Position numbers and translations under genes: made by a program. The notes beneath the pieces are model-generated. The model saw only the letters and a list, made by a program, of their open reading frames with translations. It was not told the DNA's origin and searched no databases. Below are positions 9,051-17,368 of a stretch of 39,084 nt of DNA, piece by piece (the first letter of the stretch is position 1; each line of letters opens with the position of its first letter). The stretch covers positions 1 to 39,084 of the forward strand of contig CAZCCX010000001.1 in the NCBI GenBank assembly GCA_964497115.1. The letters are read 5' to 3'. This DNA comes from an uncultured Desulfobacteraceae bacterium. GTDB taxonomy: Bacteria; Desulfobacterota; DSM-4660; Desulfatiglandales; HGW-15.

Positions 9051-9860
9051 ATGAGGATCAGAGTTTTCTTCTACACCGTTTTCTTTGTAGCCTTGCACCT
9101 CTCAGGATGTGCGGGCACTGTCCAAGAAATTATTACTTGCGATCCCCCTCAGGCTGATATCTATTGGGGAAAGAATCCTGAACGACTCTTCGTAACAGGA
9201 CATAAGACCCCCTATTCCAGGTCTCTTTCCATTTCAGCGTGGGAAAGTTGGTGTTATCAAGTCAAAAAGGACGGGTACTTTGATTCTGAAATCGTCTGTA
9301 GAGAAGAAGAGACCTATCGCTATCTTGACTTTTTTCTGACTCCCCTCAAAACCACAATCACCTCTGATCCCCCCAATGCAACAATCTATTGGGGACCATC
9401 TGGGGACCGGTTACACCGGACAATTCATAAGACACCTCGGAGCGTTATTGCGAAGGATGTTTCTGAGGGTGCAAGCTGGAAAGACTGGTATTTTCAAGTC
9501 CGGAAAGAGGGGTATCACGATTCTGAGATCGTGTTTTTGCCCCGGCAACCTAAGGATCGCAATGCCCACTATGAACTCAAACCTTTCAAACTAGAGATTC
9601 ATAGAGACCCCATATCCAAGGCGCAGGTCACCTTGGCCTGGGAAGATCATTCCTCGAATGTACTGGGCTTTGAGATAGAAAGGAAGAAGGGAAGAACAGG
9701 GAATTTCTTAAAGATAGATTCGGTGGGCCCAGATGTGACAAGGTATATCGACGCTGGACTGGAAAAAGGAATGATCTACTATTATCGGGTACGCACTCGT
9801 CACTCATATGGGTACTCCGCCTACTCTGAAGAGACCCGTGTGAGAATCCCCATTGACTGA
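9051..9860 (+). CDS. Lipoprotein with two PEGA-like domains and a C-terminal fibronectin type III domain
   Basis: Lipobox LHLSGC. An internal repeat is visible (DPPQADIYWGK...KKDGYFDSEIV and DPPNATIYWGP...RKEGYHDSEIV). An FN3-like tail follows (VTLAWEDHSSNVLGFEIERK...YYYRVRT..YGYSAYS). Confidence 0.7.
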   Translation: MRIRVFFYTVFFVALHLSGCAGTVQEIITCDPPQADIYWGKNPERLFVTGHKTPYSRSLSISAWESWCYQVKKDGYFDSEIVCREEETYRYLDFFLTPLKTTITSDPPNATIYWGPSGDRLHRTIHKTPRSVIAKDVSEGASWKDWYFQVRKEGYHDSEIVFLPRQPKDRNAHYELKPFKLEIHRDPISKAQVTLAWEDHSSNVLGFEIERKKGRTGNFLKIDSVGPDVTRYIDAGLEKGMIYYYRVRTRHSYGYSAYSEETRVRIPID

Positions 9861-10063
9861 GATTGCGGGGGGGGGACCGGAATCACAGGAATCTTTGTTG
9901 CCCTGGGCACCCCAGAGGTCGTCCAGGATTCTACAGGTGAAACCCACTCAGGCATAGTCCCGTCTGTCCCACACTGGCCACCAGTCTCCAGATGTGTACC
10001 CTGCTTTTGTGGTCGAAAAGGGATGGTAAACATGGCTCAGAAATTGAGAGGAAGGAGAGAATA

Positions 10064-11671
10064 ATGATCAGAGTGGCCTGTCTTGGTGGTGCCGGATCGG
10101 TAACCGGTTCCAATTATCTCCTTGAGTCTCCTCAGGGCAAGAACGTGCTGGTGGATTGCGGCCTCTTTCAAGGCGGAAGACAGATGGAAAGCCGGAACCG
10201 GATGGATTGGGGATTTGATCCCCAACAGATGAGTACCCTTTTCCTCACTCATGCCCACATCGACCATAGCGGCCGGATTCCAAAGCTGGTCAAGGACGGT
10301 TTTCAAGGGAAGATCATCACATCTCCCCCCACAGCGGAGCTTTGCAGGATTATGCTCCTGGACTCGGCCCATATTCAGGAACTGGACGCCGAATGGCAGA
10401 CAAGAAGAAACAAACGACAGTCGAAAGGACCTGTCCTTCCCCTTTACACCACGGAAGATGCGGAGACCAGTCTGAAACTGCTTGTGCCCATGGATAGGGA
10501 CCAAGTCATCGATGTGGAACCCGGAATCAAGGCACGACTTCGAAACGCGGGACACATATTGGGCTCCTCTATCCTGGAATTATGGATAGAAGGGGATGAC
10601 GGGACCACCAAGATTGTCTTTTCCGGGGATTTGGGCAAAAAAGACCAATTGATTCTCAAGAACTCACAAGAGATCTTTGATGCAGACTATCTCTTTCTGG
10701 AATCTACCTATGGAAACCGTTTGCATCGATCTTTTGAAAAGAGCAAGGAAGAGCTATTGGAGGCCATCGAGTATGCTGTGTCAAATGGGGAAAAGATCAT
10801 TATTCCTGCATTCGCCGTGGAAAGGACCCAGGAAATTCTTTATATTTTAGGTGAATTCTACCGGGAAGGGTTGCTTCCCGATATCCCCGTCTATCTGGAC
10901 AGTCCCTTGGCCATCAAGGCAACTGAAATCTTTCGAGAGAACAAGAAGTATTACGATGAAGAGGCCCAGGCCATTGTGGCGCAGGGGGATGATCCCTTTG
11001 ATCTGCCCAATCTCCAATTTACACCAAGTACCAGGGAATCCATGGCCATCAACGCCAGCTCCGGTTCAGCGATTATTATTGCGGGAAACGGCATGTGCAC
11101 GGCCGGTCGTATCAAGCACCACTTGAAGCACAACCTTTGGCGGGAGGGGGCAAGCCTGGTGATCATCGGGTTTCAAGCTCAGGGAACGACGGGACGAAGA
11201 ATTGTCGAGGGGGCCAAGCATGTAAAGATATTCCGGGAGGATGTGACCGTAAGGGCAAGGGTGTTTACCATTGGGGGATTCTCGGCCCACGCAGATCAGA
11301 AGGACCTTGTGGAGTGGGTCAGCCACTTTGAGTCCAAGCCTCAGGTCTTTTTGGTCCATGGCGAGGTGACGGCTTGTGAAGCCCTGGCCAAGGAGATCGA
11401 AGAGAGGTTCCAACTGACGACCCATGTCCCCGGTTGGAAAGAACAGCTCATCCTCAAAACAAGGGAGGTCGCCATTGAGAAACCCGTGGTGGAGGAGATG
11501 GCTCCAAGTATGAGTTCAGCCCTATTGAACACGATTTTGGAGATGGAAGGTGAACTCAAGGAACTCAAGGGGCGGGTTGAATCAAAACAGGCAAAGATAC
11601 GGGAAGACGATGTGGACCGCATGAAATACATTCAGGAGGAACTCCAGGTTATTCTGAGTGAACTTGCTTGA
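10064..11671 (+). CDS. MBL-fold beta-CASP hydrolase (RNA-metabolising metallo-beta-lactamase family)
   Basis: ORF 9992-11671. The ATG at 10064 follows GAAGGAGAG. HxHxDH motif (THAHIDHSG). Beta-CASP-like motifs (ESTYG, GGFSAHAD, LVHGE). The C-terminal tail is a coiled coil. Confidence 0.85.
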   Translation: MIRVACLGGAGSVTGSNYLLESPQGKNVLVDCGLFQGGRQMESRNRMDWGFDPQQMSTLFLTHAHIDHSGRIPKLVKDGFQGKIITSPPTAELCRIMLLDSAHIQELDAEWQTRRNKRQSKGPVLPLYTTEDAETSLKLLVPMDRDQVIDVEPGIKARLRNAGHILGSSILELWIEGDDGTTKIVFSGDLGKKDQLILKNSQEIFDADYLFLESTYGNRLHRSFEKSKEELLEAIEYAVSNGEKIIIPAFAVERTQEILYILGEFYREGLLPDIPVYLDSPLAIKATEIFRENKKYYDEEAQAIVAQGDDPFDLPNLQFTPSTRESMAINASSGSAIIIAGNGMCTAGRIKHHLKHNLWREGASLVIIGFQAQGTTGRRIVEGAKHVKIFREDVTVRARVFTIGGFSAHADQKDLVEWVSHFESKPQVFLVHGEVTACEALAKEIEERFQLTTHVPGWKEQLILKTREVAIEKPVVEEMAPSMSSALLNTILEMEGELKELKGRVESKQAKIREDDVDRMKYIQEELQVILSELA

Positions 11672-11777
11672 GATATCAGCGTACCGACGCGGTTGTCCTG
11701 AATCGAACGGAGGGCTGTTTCTGTTGCATATGTGGTCAACCTTAATTCCCTCCCACCAGAGTCACTGCGAATACTAT

Positions 11778-11930
11778 GAAAATGCACAGCGAGCGCATCC
11801 CCTGCAGGTTTGTTGGAGCGTAGCGGAAATCCCGCTCATCGGGGCTGCGGGGTTAGCGAGCGAATTACAGTAAAAAACTTCCTTACGTTTGGGAGATTCC
11901 CTGCAGCTTGCTGCAGGGATCTTCAATACC
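11778..11930 (+). repeat. Intergenic repeat family A, mosaic copy (inverted relative to 32101-32303)
   Basis: Blocks GAAAATGCACAGCGAGCGCAT, CCCTGCAGGTTTGTTGGAGCGTAGCGGAAATCCCGCTC, GGGGTTAGCGAGCGAATTACAGTAAAAAACTTCCTTACGTTTGGGAGATT and CTGCAGGGATCTTCAATACC all recur, nearly identical, in the reverse complement of 32101-32303. It also contains a perfect hairpin CCCTGCAG-cttg-CTGCAGGG. Confidence 0.7.
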
Positions 11931-12082
11931 TTGAACAGGCAAACCAATAATTTCTATCTATTCATGAACGGCATTGAAAATTGGAGTTTCACAATATGCA
12001 TAAAGAAGGTGAATCTATAACTCATTGATATTGCATGGTATTAGCTTTTCTTTTCAGGAGGTCATAGAATCTTTCCTTATTC

Positions 12083-12139
12083 TACTCAAGTTGTACTACT
12101 CAAGTTGTATTTGACATGCTGGAAATAAACGTGTAAAAG
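12083..12139 (+). promoter_or_regulatory. Tandem direct repeat abutting a candidate sigma70 promoter upstream of TSUP cassette 1
   Basis: TACTCAAGTTGTA occurs at 12083-12095 and again at 12097-12109 (14-nt period). It is followed immediately by TTGACA (12111-12116), a 17-nt spacer and TAAAAG (12134-12139). The ATG is at 12178 with a GGAGAGGAGG RBS. Confidence 0.3.
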
Positions 12140-12177
12140 TGCTTGTGCCAAAAATCACAAGGGAGAGGAGGCGATGA

Positions 12178-13272
12178 ATGAGTAGATTTTTTAGATCTCC
12201 GTGGCTTGAAGTGAACGTGATGTTGTTCGTGCTCATCATCTCGTACATTGCGCTTGGCTTGATCACGGGAAACGCGGAAACAGAGCCCGGCGCCATGTCC
12301 GGCGGCGCCATCTGGGGATGGCTCTTTGGGTTCTTTCTTCTCAGTTTCGCCATAGCCTTGGTTGCCGTCATAGGGGGAATCGGGGGTGGTGTATTGTTTA
12401 CTCCCTTCATGCTGGCCTTTACACCGGTGGACAGCCTCATTGTCAGGGCAACAGGCCTGATTGTGGCCATGTTCAGCGGTCTGGTGTCTACGGGACCTTT
12501 TATGAAAGGGGGCTTGGCCAACCTGAGAATCTGCATTTTCTGTGCGGCCGCCTACGGTGTGGGGGCCTTTGCAGGCGCTCAGGGGGCCATCTATGTGGCC
12601 CAACACCTGGGGGAGACCGGTGAAGGCCTTGTGCGTCTTGCCTTGGGGGTCATTCTCGCCTCCCTTGCCGTTTATTTCCTGGCGGGGGGCAAAAAGATTG
12701 AGTGGCCCGAGGTCAAGAAAGTCGATAGGTTCACAAAGTGGTTGAAGCTTTCACAACCCTACTACGAAGTCTCCCTCAACAAAGTCATTGATTACCCGCT
12801 GACCAGGGCCGCTTGGGTGGTCTGCGCCATTGTCGGCGTGGGTCTGCTTTCCGGCTTCTTCGGCCTGGGGGCCGGCTGGGCCATCGTGCCCGCACAGAAC
12901 ATGATCATGGCCGTTCCCCTCAAGGTGGCTGCCGCAAACAGCGGGGTTCTCCTTGGAATGGGCGACTGTATCGGTGTGTGGCCCTATCTGCTCATGGGGG
13001 CGATCATCCCTGTCTTTGCGGCGCCCTGGCTGGTGGGGCAGGTCCTGGGCGGGTTGCTCGGCGCCCTGATTCTCATTCGAGTCAAGGCCGGTTTTGTCAG
13101 ATTCCTGTTGATCGGGTTTATGTTCTTTGCATGCTTCGGGCTGCTGACAAAAGGCCTCGGCATGCTGGGTGTCCTCGGGGACGTACCGGTTTGGCTCAAC
13201 GGCGCGGTGTTCCTGATCATCTTTGCCTCCGTGACACGCTCGATCATCAAATTCACGAGATCCACAGACTAA
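12178..13272 (+). CDS. TSUP (TauE/SafE, DUF81) family anion permease, copy 1
   Basis: Polytopic membrane protein built from two 4-TM halves, each with the TSUP motif (IGGIGGGVLFTPFM and GFFGLGAGWAIVPAQNMIMAVPLKVAAANS). About 40 hydrophilic residues are inserted between the halves. Confidence 0.85.
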   Translation: MSRFFRSPWLEVNVMLFVLIISYIALGLITGNAETEPGAMSGGAIWGWLFGFFLLSFAIALVAVIGGIGGGVLFTPFMLAFTPVDSLIVRATGLIVAMFSGLVSTGPFMKGGLANLRICIFCAAAYGVGAFAGAQGAIYVAQHLGETGEGLVRLALGVILASLAVYFLAGGKKIEWPEVKKVDRFTKWLKLSQPYYEVSLNKVIDYPLTRAAWVVCAIVGVGLLSGFFGLGAGWAIVPAQNMIMAVPLKVAAANSGVLLGMGDCIGVWPYLLMGAIIPVFAAPWLVGQVLGGLLGALILIRVKAGFVRFLLIGFMFFACFGLLTKGLGMLGVLGDVPVWLNGAVFLIIFASVTRSIIKFTRSTD

Positions 13273-13288
13273 GTTGGAGGGAAAAGAC

Positions 13289-13717
13289 ATGAACATAGAA
13301 GAGACCCCGAAAATGCCGCGTGCACAGACCATTTACGGTTCCATCGTCTACTGGGTTACCATCCTCTCCTGCCTCATCTGCATGGTCGGTCCGGTTATAT
13401 CCGTGGCATCACCGGACAACAATGTGCTTAACCCTTACAAGCTCTTTAGTGCCATTTTCGAAGGCAAAGACGCCCAGACCGTGTGGCAGGAGGTGGGAGG
13501 CGAATTCCCGGGAGGGCACTTTTACCTCAAGAATTTCACCTATGGTGACGGGTTCACCCAGTTGGGTTTGGCCTTGGGCTGCAGCGTCGCTCTGTGGGCC
13601 CTGATTGCTGTGGCGTTTGCCTATGCCTCTGACAGGATTTACCTTTACTTTTTCCTCTCCCTGTGGGTGGCCTTTCTTGTGGCCTTGTCCATGATCGGCA
13701 TTGTCGGGATGCACTAG
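13289..13717 (+). CDS. Small integral membrane protein partnered with TSUP copy 1 (possibly DUF1634-like; unverified)
   Basis: ORF 13274-13717. The ATG at 13289 follows GGAGGG with a 7-nt spacer, 16 nt after the TSUP stop. It has three predicted hydrophobic helices. It is a paralog of 16978-17352, sharing an N-terminal M..E..PK..MP..Q..Y pattern and a GD-containing loop before the last helices. Confidence 0.6.
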   Translation: MNIEETPKMPRAQTIYGSIVYWVTILSCLICMVGPVISVASPDNNVLNPYKLFSAIFEGKDAQTVWQEVGGEFPGGHFYLKNFTYGDGFTQLGLALGCSVALWALIAVAFAYASDRIYLYFFLSLWVAFLVALSMIGIVGMH

Positions 13718-13751
13718 GGAGCTGAATAAAAAAAACGTGACAAAAAGAACC

Positions 13752-14249
13752 TTATTTTTCATCGTCATCTAAATGTTTCAGCGCCTTGAGAATACCCATG
13801 GGGCTCGATCCCATGGCGAGCATCTCGATTTCCTCTTTCCGTTTCTTGTCATGCTCGAATTTCTTCCTGATTCTGGCTTCATAGGCGTCCTTGAGAACGC
13901 CCAGGAGCTTGTCGAAATTGTAAGGCTTTTCAAGGTAGCCGAATGCCCCCAGCTTCGTGGCTTCCACCGCGGAATCGATTGAGGCAAAACCTGTCAAAAT
14001 AATCACTTCCAAGAACTTATGCTTCTTCTTCAGGATCTGGAGGAGTTCCATACCATCCATGCCGGGCATTTTAAGATCCAGGATGGCCACGTCGAACGCG
14101 CCTTTCTTGGCGGCCTTGACGGCCTGCTTGCCCTCAGTGGCGGTGGTCACATCAAAATCCTTCAGCCCGAGCCGCTCTGCAACGGTCGCAAGAAATTTCT
14201 CATCGTCGTCAACGATGAGAAGCCCTATCTGTTTTTCTTTATCAGTCAT
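13752..14249 (-). CDS. Single-domain response regulator (REC plus about 45-aa charged tail)
   Basis: ORF 13752-14267. The ATG at 14249 has a GGAGG 7 nt upstream. REC motifs: LLIVDDDEKF, DVAILDLKMPGMDG, VIILTG, YLEKP. Confidence 0.85.
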   Translation of the reverse strand: MTDKEKQIGLLIVDDDEKFLATVAERLGLKDFDVTTATEGKQAVKAAKKGAFDVAILDLKMPGMDGMELLQILKKKHKFLEVIILTGFASIDSAVEATKLGAFGYLEKPYNFDKLLGVLKDAYEARIRKKFEHDKKRKEEIEMLAMGSSPMGILKALKHLDDDEK

Positions 14250-14441
14250 GGTATAGCCTCCTTTCATAAACGAATATAGTTATGTGGCACGGATTGATTT
14301 ATGCCTCCATTCTGGCTGTATGCCCCCATCCATTTCGGCCATGATCCTCCTTGCTGTATCGAGTCTATTTCCTCCTGTCCATTTCCGGTGACGGAGCCTC
14401 CTTCAGGAATCCCTTCAACAGCCGTGCTTTGGTTTGAGCCG

Positions 14442-15938
14442 CTAAGGCTGCATCTCCTTGAGCTTGCGCCAGAGCGAACCCCTATTGATTCCCAATATTC
14501 TTGCGGCCTCACTCTTGTTGCCTTTCGTGGCCTGCATCACCTCTAAGATGTATTGCTCATTAAGTTGGGCCAGCGTAAAAAAGTCTTTCCTCTTCAGGCC
14601 CGTAGATTTCTTCACCTCCTGAAAGCTCTGAGGCAGATGTTCCTTTTCCAGTTCGTCTCCTTCACACACGATGACGGCGCGCTCAATGGCGTTCTCGAGT
14701 TCTCGTATATTGCCGGGAAAGGGATAGGCGAGGAACTGGGCAAGAATTTCATCAGAAATCCCATTGATCTCTTTCCCGAATTCTTTTCGATATTGATCCA
14801 GGAAATAGCTGCACAAAAGGGGGATGTCTTCTTTGCGCTCACGAAGCGGCGGGAGGTCTATGACAAAGGTGTTTAGCCTGGAATAGAGGTCCTCAAAAAG
14901 GTCTCCATCATCGGGCGCCTTTTTAAGTATCCGCTCTGTTGCCGCAAGGACCCGCACCTCCACCGGGATCTTCTCCGTTCCGCCCTTTCTGATAATGGTC
15001 TCTTCCTCCAGCACACGCAATAGCCCGGCCTGTATTGAGACGGGCGTGTCACCGACTTCATCCAGGAGTATGGTTCCTCCCGATGCCGCTTCAAAGACCC
15101 CCTGCTTGGGGTGGCATGGGCCGGTCGTCCCCTTTTCTTGTCCAAACAATTCCTTTCGAAGCAATTCCTCGTTAAAAGACCCGCAGTTGATCGTTGTAAA
15201 CTGATTTTCTTTTCGTGGACTGAGCAGGTGAATGGTTCTGGCGACCCGTTCTTTGCCCGTACCGGTCTCACCCTGAATGAGCACCGGGCAATCCAGGGAG
15301 GCGACCTTTTGTATATTCTTTTTGACCTCCAGGATGGAGGCGGTTTCACCGATAAACCTGTGTAGAGGAGAATCAAAAGAATGGCCGGATGGAGCCGAAT
15401 CGGCAGAAGAGGGACGTCTTGGAACGCTCTGCCGCGAGGTATACCTTTCGAGTACTTCAGGGTTGAGGACCCTTTGGCCGGAGCCAAATTTGCCCCCCCC
15501 TTCCTGAGCCCCCGTGTTATTTTCCCCAACAGGGGGGCTGATAATGATCATGCCGGTCTTTGAACCGAATTGCTTGAGGAAATCCCAGAAGGCCCTCATC
15601 TCGTCTTTTTCAAAATAGGCCGAATCCAGGGCCTCGGCGGCCTCTTTGACCTTTTTGTTTCCATATCCGGTTAGGAGCACGGTTTTCAGAGCGGGATGTA
15701 TCTCTTTGAGCTTGGCAATCGTGGTTAACCCGTCCATGCCGGGCATCTTCTGGTCCACGACGGCGGCCTGAATCTGCGTCTTCCGGGCGATATCAAGGGC
15801 CTCTTCGCCGCTTGCGGCAGGCAACGGCTCAAACCCCCTCAGACGGATTCGTTCCGAGATGGAGTCCAGAAACTTCTTTTCATCGTCCACCAGAAGAACG
15901 GCTATATTTTTTGTATCCACGATGGTCAACTCCGACAC
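14442..15938 (-). CDS. NtrC-family REC-AAA+-Fis regulator lacking the GAFTGA motif
   Basis: GTG start with AAAGGA upstream. REC domain (VLLVDDEKKF..VVDQKMPGMDG). Walker A GETGTGKE, Walker B GGTILLDEVGD, FPGNIRELEN, and the Fis-type HTH GNKSEAARILGINRGSLWRKLKE. The GAFTGA position reads EKGTTGPCHPKQG (nt 15114-15131). Confidence 0.85.
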   Translation of the reverse strand: MSELTIVDTKNIAVLLVDDEKKFLDSISERIRLRGFEPLPAASGEEALDIARKTQIQAAVVDQKMPGMDGLTTIAKLKEIHPALKTVLLTGYGNKKVKEAAEALDSAYFEKDEMRAFWDFLKQFGSKTGMIIISPPVGENNTGAQEGGGKFGSGQRVLNPEVLERYTSRQSVPRRPSSADSAPSGHSFDSPLHRFIGETASILEVKKNIQKVASLDCPVLIQGETGTGKERVARTIHLLSPRKENQFTTINCGSFNEELLRKELFGQEKGTTGPCHPKQGVFEAASGGTILLDEVGDTPVSIQAGLLRVLEEETIIRKGGTEKIPVEVRVLAATERILKKAPDDGDLFEDLYSRLNTFVIDLPPLRERKEDIPLLCSYFLDQYRKEFGKEINGISDEILAQFLAYPFPGNIRELENAIERAVIVCEGDELEKEHLPQSFQEVKKSTGLKRKDFFTLAQLNEQYILEVMQATKGNKSEAARILGINRGSLWRKLKEMQP

Positions 15939-16006
15939 AGGCGATCCTTTTCTCTGTTTATGTTCTCAATCTTCGAACCACAAACCAGGCCCTCAGCCTA
16001 CAGACC

Positions 16007-16039
16007 AAAAAAGCGCCCTTGACTGCGGAGCGCCTTTTT
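16007..16039 (-). terminator. Intrinsic-terminator-like hairpin between the REC-REC gene and the activator gene
   Basis: On the minus strand, AAAAAGGCGC-13 nt loop-GCGCTTTTTT forms a 10-bp stem with one G-U pair, followed by a T-run. It lies 32 nt after the REC-REC stop. Confidence 0.45.
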
Positions 16040-16070
16040 CAAGAAGGAGGTGGAGTGAAAGAGAGCATGC

Positions 16071-16874
16071 TTAATGGTTCTTTTTCTTTTTCCCCATTCG
16101 GGCGGCATCTTCCAGGTCCCCTCCGCTGGCCATACCCGCAGCGGCCATGCTGTCTTCGAGGTTTTTCTGAAGCTTCTTCATGAAACTCCAAAAACCCCCC
16201 ATCTGGTCTTTTTCAAAATAATCCGAATTCAAGGCCTCGGCGGCCTCCTTGACCTTCTCATCGCCGAATCCGGTCAGAAGGACGGATTTTATGCGAGGGT
16301 GCATTTCCTTGAGCTTGGAGATGGTAGTCAAGCCGTCCATGCCGGGCATCTTTTGGTCCACGACCGCCGCGTGGATCTTGGTCTTTCGGGCGATCTCGAT
16401 GGCCTCTTCGCCGCTGGTGGCCGGAAACGGCTCAAACCCTTTCAGACGGATTCGTTCCGAGATGGAGTCCAGAAACTTCTTTTCATCGTCCACCAAGAGG
16501 ACATGAAGTCCTTTCTTTCCCATGCCCGTGAGGAAACTCCAGAACCGCCCCATCTCGTCTTTTTCGAAATAGGCCGTATCCAGGGCCTCGGCGGCCTCTT
16601 TGACCTTCTCATCGCCGAATCCGGTCAGAAGGACGGCCTTGATGTGAGGGTGAATTTCCTTGAGCTTGGAGATGGTGGTCAAGCCGTCCATGTCGGGCAT
16701 CTTCAGGTCCACGACCGCCGCGTGGATCTTGGTCTTTCGAGCGATCTCGATGGCCTCTTCGCCGCTGGTGGCCGGAAACGGCTCAAACCCTTTCAGACGG
16801 ATTCGTTCCGAGATGGAGTCCAGAAACTTCTTTTCATCGTCCACCAATAGTACGTTGAATCCGTTTTCTGCCAT
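16071..16874 (-). CDS. Tandem double-receiver protein (REC-REC, no output domain)
   Basis: ORF 16071-16907. The likely ATG is at 16874 (MAENGFNVLLVDDEKKF). Two REC domains lie 117 aa apart and are nearly identical. The C-terminus is a short Gly/Lys-rich tail. Confidence 0.85.
   Translation of the reverse strand: MAENGFNVLLVDDEKKFLDSISERIRLKGFEPFPATSGEEAIEIARKTKIHAAVVDLKMPDMDGLTTISKLKEIHPHIKAVLLTGFGDEKVKEAAEALDTAYFEKDEMGRFWSFLTGMGKKGLHVLLVDDEKKFLDSISERIRLKGFEPFPATSGEEAIEIARKTKIHAAVVDQKMPGMDGLTTISKLKEMHPRIKSVLLTGFGDEKVKEAAEALNSDYFEKDQMGGFWSFMKKLQKNLEDSMAAAGMASGGDLEDAARMGKKKKNH
16182..16853 (-). repeat. 351-nt tandem duplication inside the REC-REC gene
   Basis: For example, GGCTCAAACCCTTTCAGACGGATTCGTTCCGAGATGGAGTCCAGAAACTTCTTTTCATCGTCCACCAA occurs at about 16431-16498 and again at about 16782-16849. 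The period of 351 nt equals 117 codons. Confidence 0.8.
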
Positions 16875-16977
16875 GGCATTGATCCCTTTTTTTAACCTTT
16901 TCTTCAAGAAATAGGCGGATCGTCTAATGACCGCCGCTGCCCAGGATGCCGGAGGCGGCCAAGGACAGGACCGCGAC

Positions 16978-17352
16978 CTAGAGTATGGCTATCACAAAAT
17001 AGGCCCAGTCTCTTCTTTTTCTATAACCCGCGATCAGAAGTAAATAGCAGATTATTGTCAATACAGCAAGAAGGACCACCCCGAGGAAGTTGATAAAGTC
17101 CCCTCTGCTCAGGAGGCCAAGCCACCCCCATCCGTGGGGTGAATGGGTGATCTTCAGAAACTCATCGACCCCCTTGTCCCAGTTCTGGGTGATTAAGGCG
17201 ACATCCACGTGTGGCGGCAGGATGCCTCCAATATAGATCAGGTACGTGATGATCATCAACACGATACCCGTCCACGCCCCGATAAATAGAACGTTGGCAT
17301 AGGCGATTTGCTCGGGCATGGGCTTCAGGTTCTTAGGTATTTCATCATGCAT
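16978..17352 (-). CDS. Small integral membrane protein partnered with TSUP copy 2 (paralog of 13289-13717)
   Basis: ORF 16978-17391. The ATG at 17352 follows AAGGAG with a 7-nt spacer, 16 nt after the TSUP stop. This is the same spacing as in cassette 1. It has three hydrophobic helices. Confidence 0.6.
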   Translation of the reverse strand: MHDEIPKNLKPMPEQIAYANVLFIGAWTGIVLMIITYLIYIGGILPPHVDVALITQNWDKGVDEFLKITHSPHGWGWLGLLSRGDFINFLGVVLLAVLTIICYLLLIAGYRKRRDWAYFVIAIL

Positions 17353-17368
17353 CACTGAACTCCTTTCT

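Noticed and set aside
11658-11873. 71-aa ORF downstream of the MBL hydrolase gene
   Set aside because: It runs through repeat family A, has no RBS, and its sequence is dictated by the repeat blocks.
12100-13332. Several long alternative-frame or antisense ORFs in the TSUP copy 1 region (12100-12606, 12318-12623, 12751-13332, 12813-13292)
   Set aside because: They are typical shadow ORFs of a GC-rich membrane gene. Their translations are Arg/Gly/Pro-rich with no domain signal.
14285-14301. TGGCAC on the plus strand between the REC gene and the activator gene
   Set aside because: The -12 position reads GATT instead of TTGC. The element also points antisense into the activator gene.
16074-16850. 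258-aa plus-strand ORF covering the whole REC-REC gene
   Set aside because: It is antisense to a gene with unmistakable receiver motifs. Its translation is a low-complexity mirror of the tandem repeat, with no recognisable domain or RBS.
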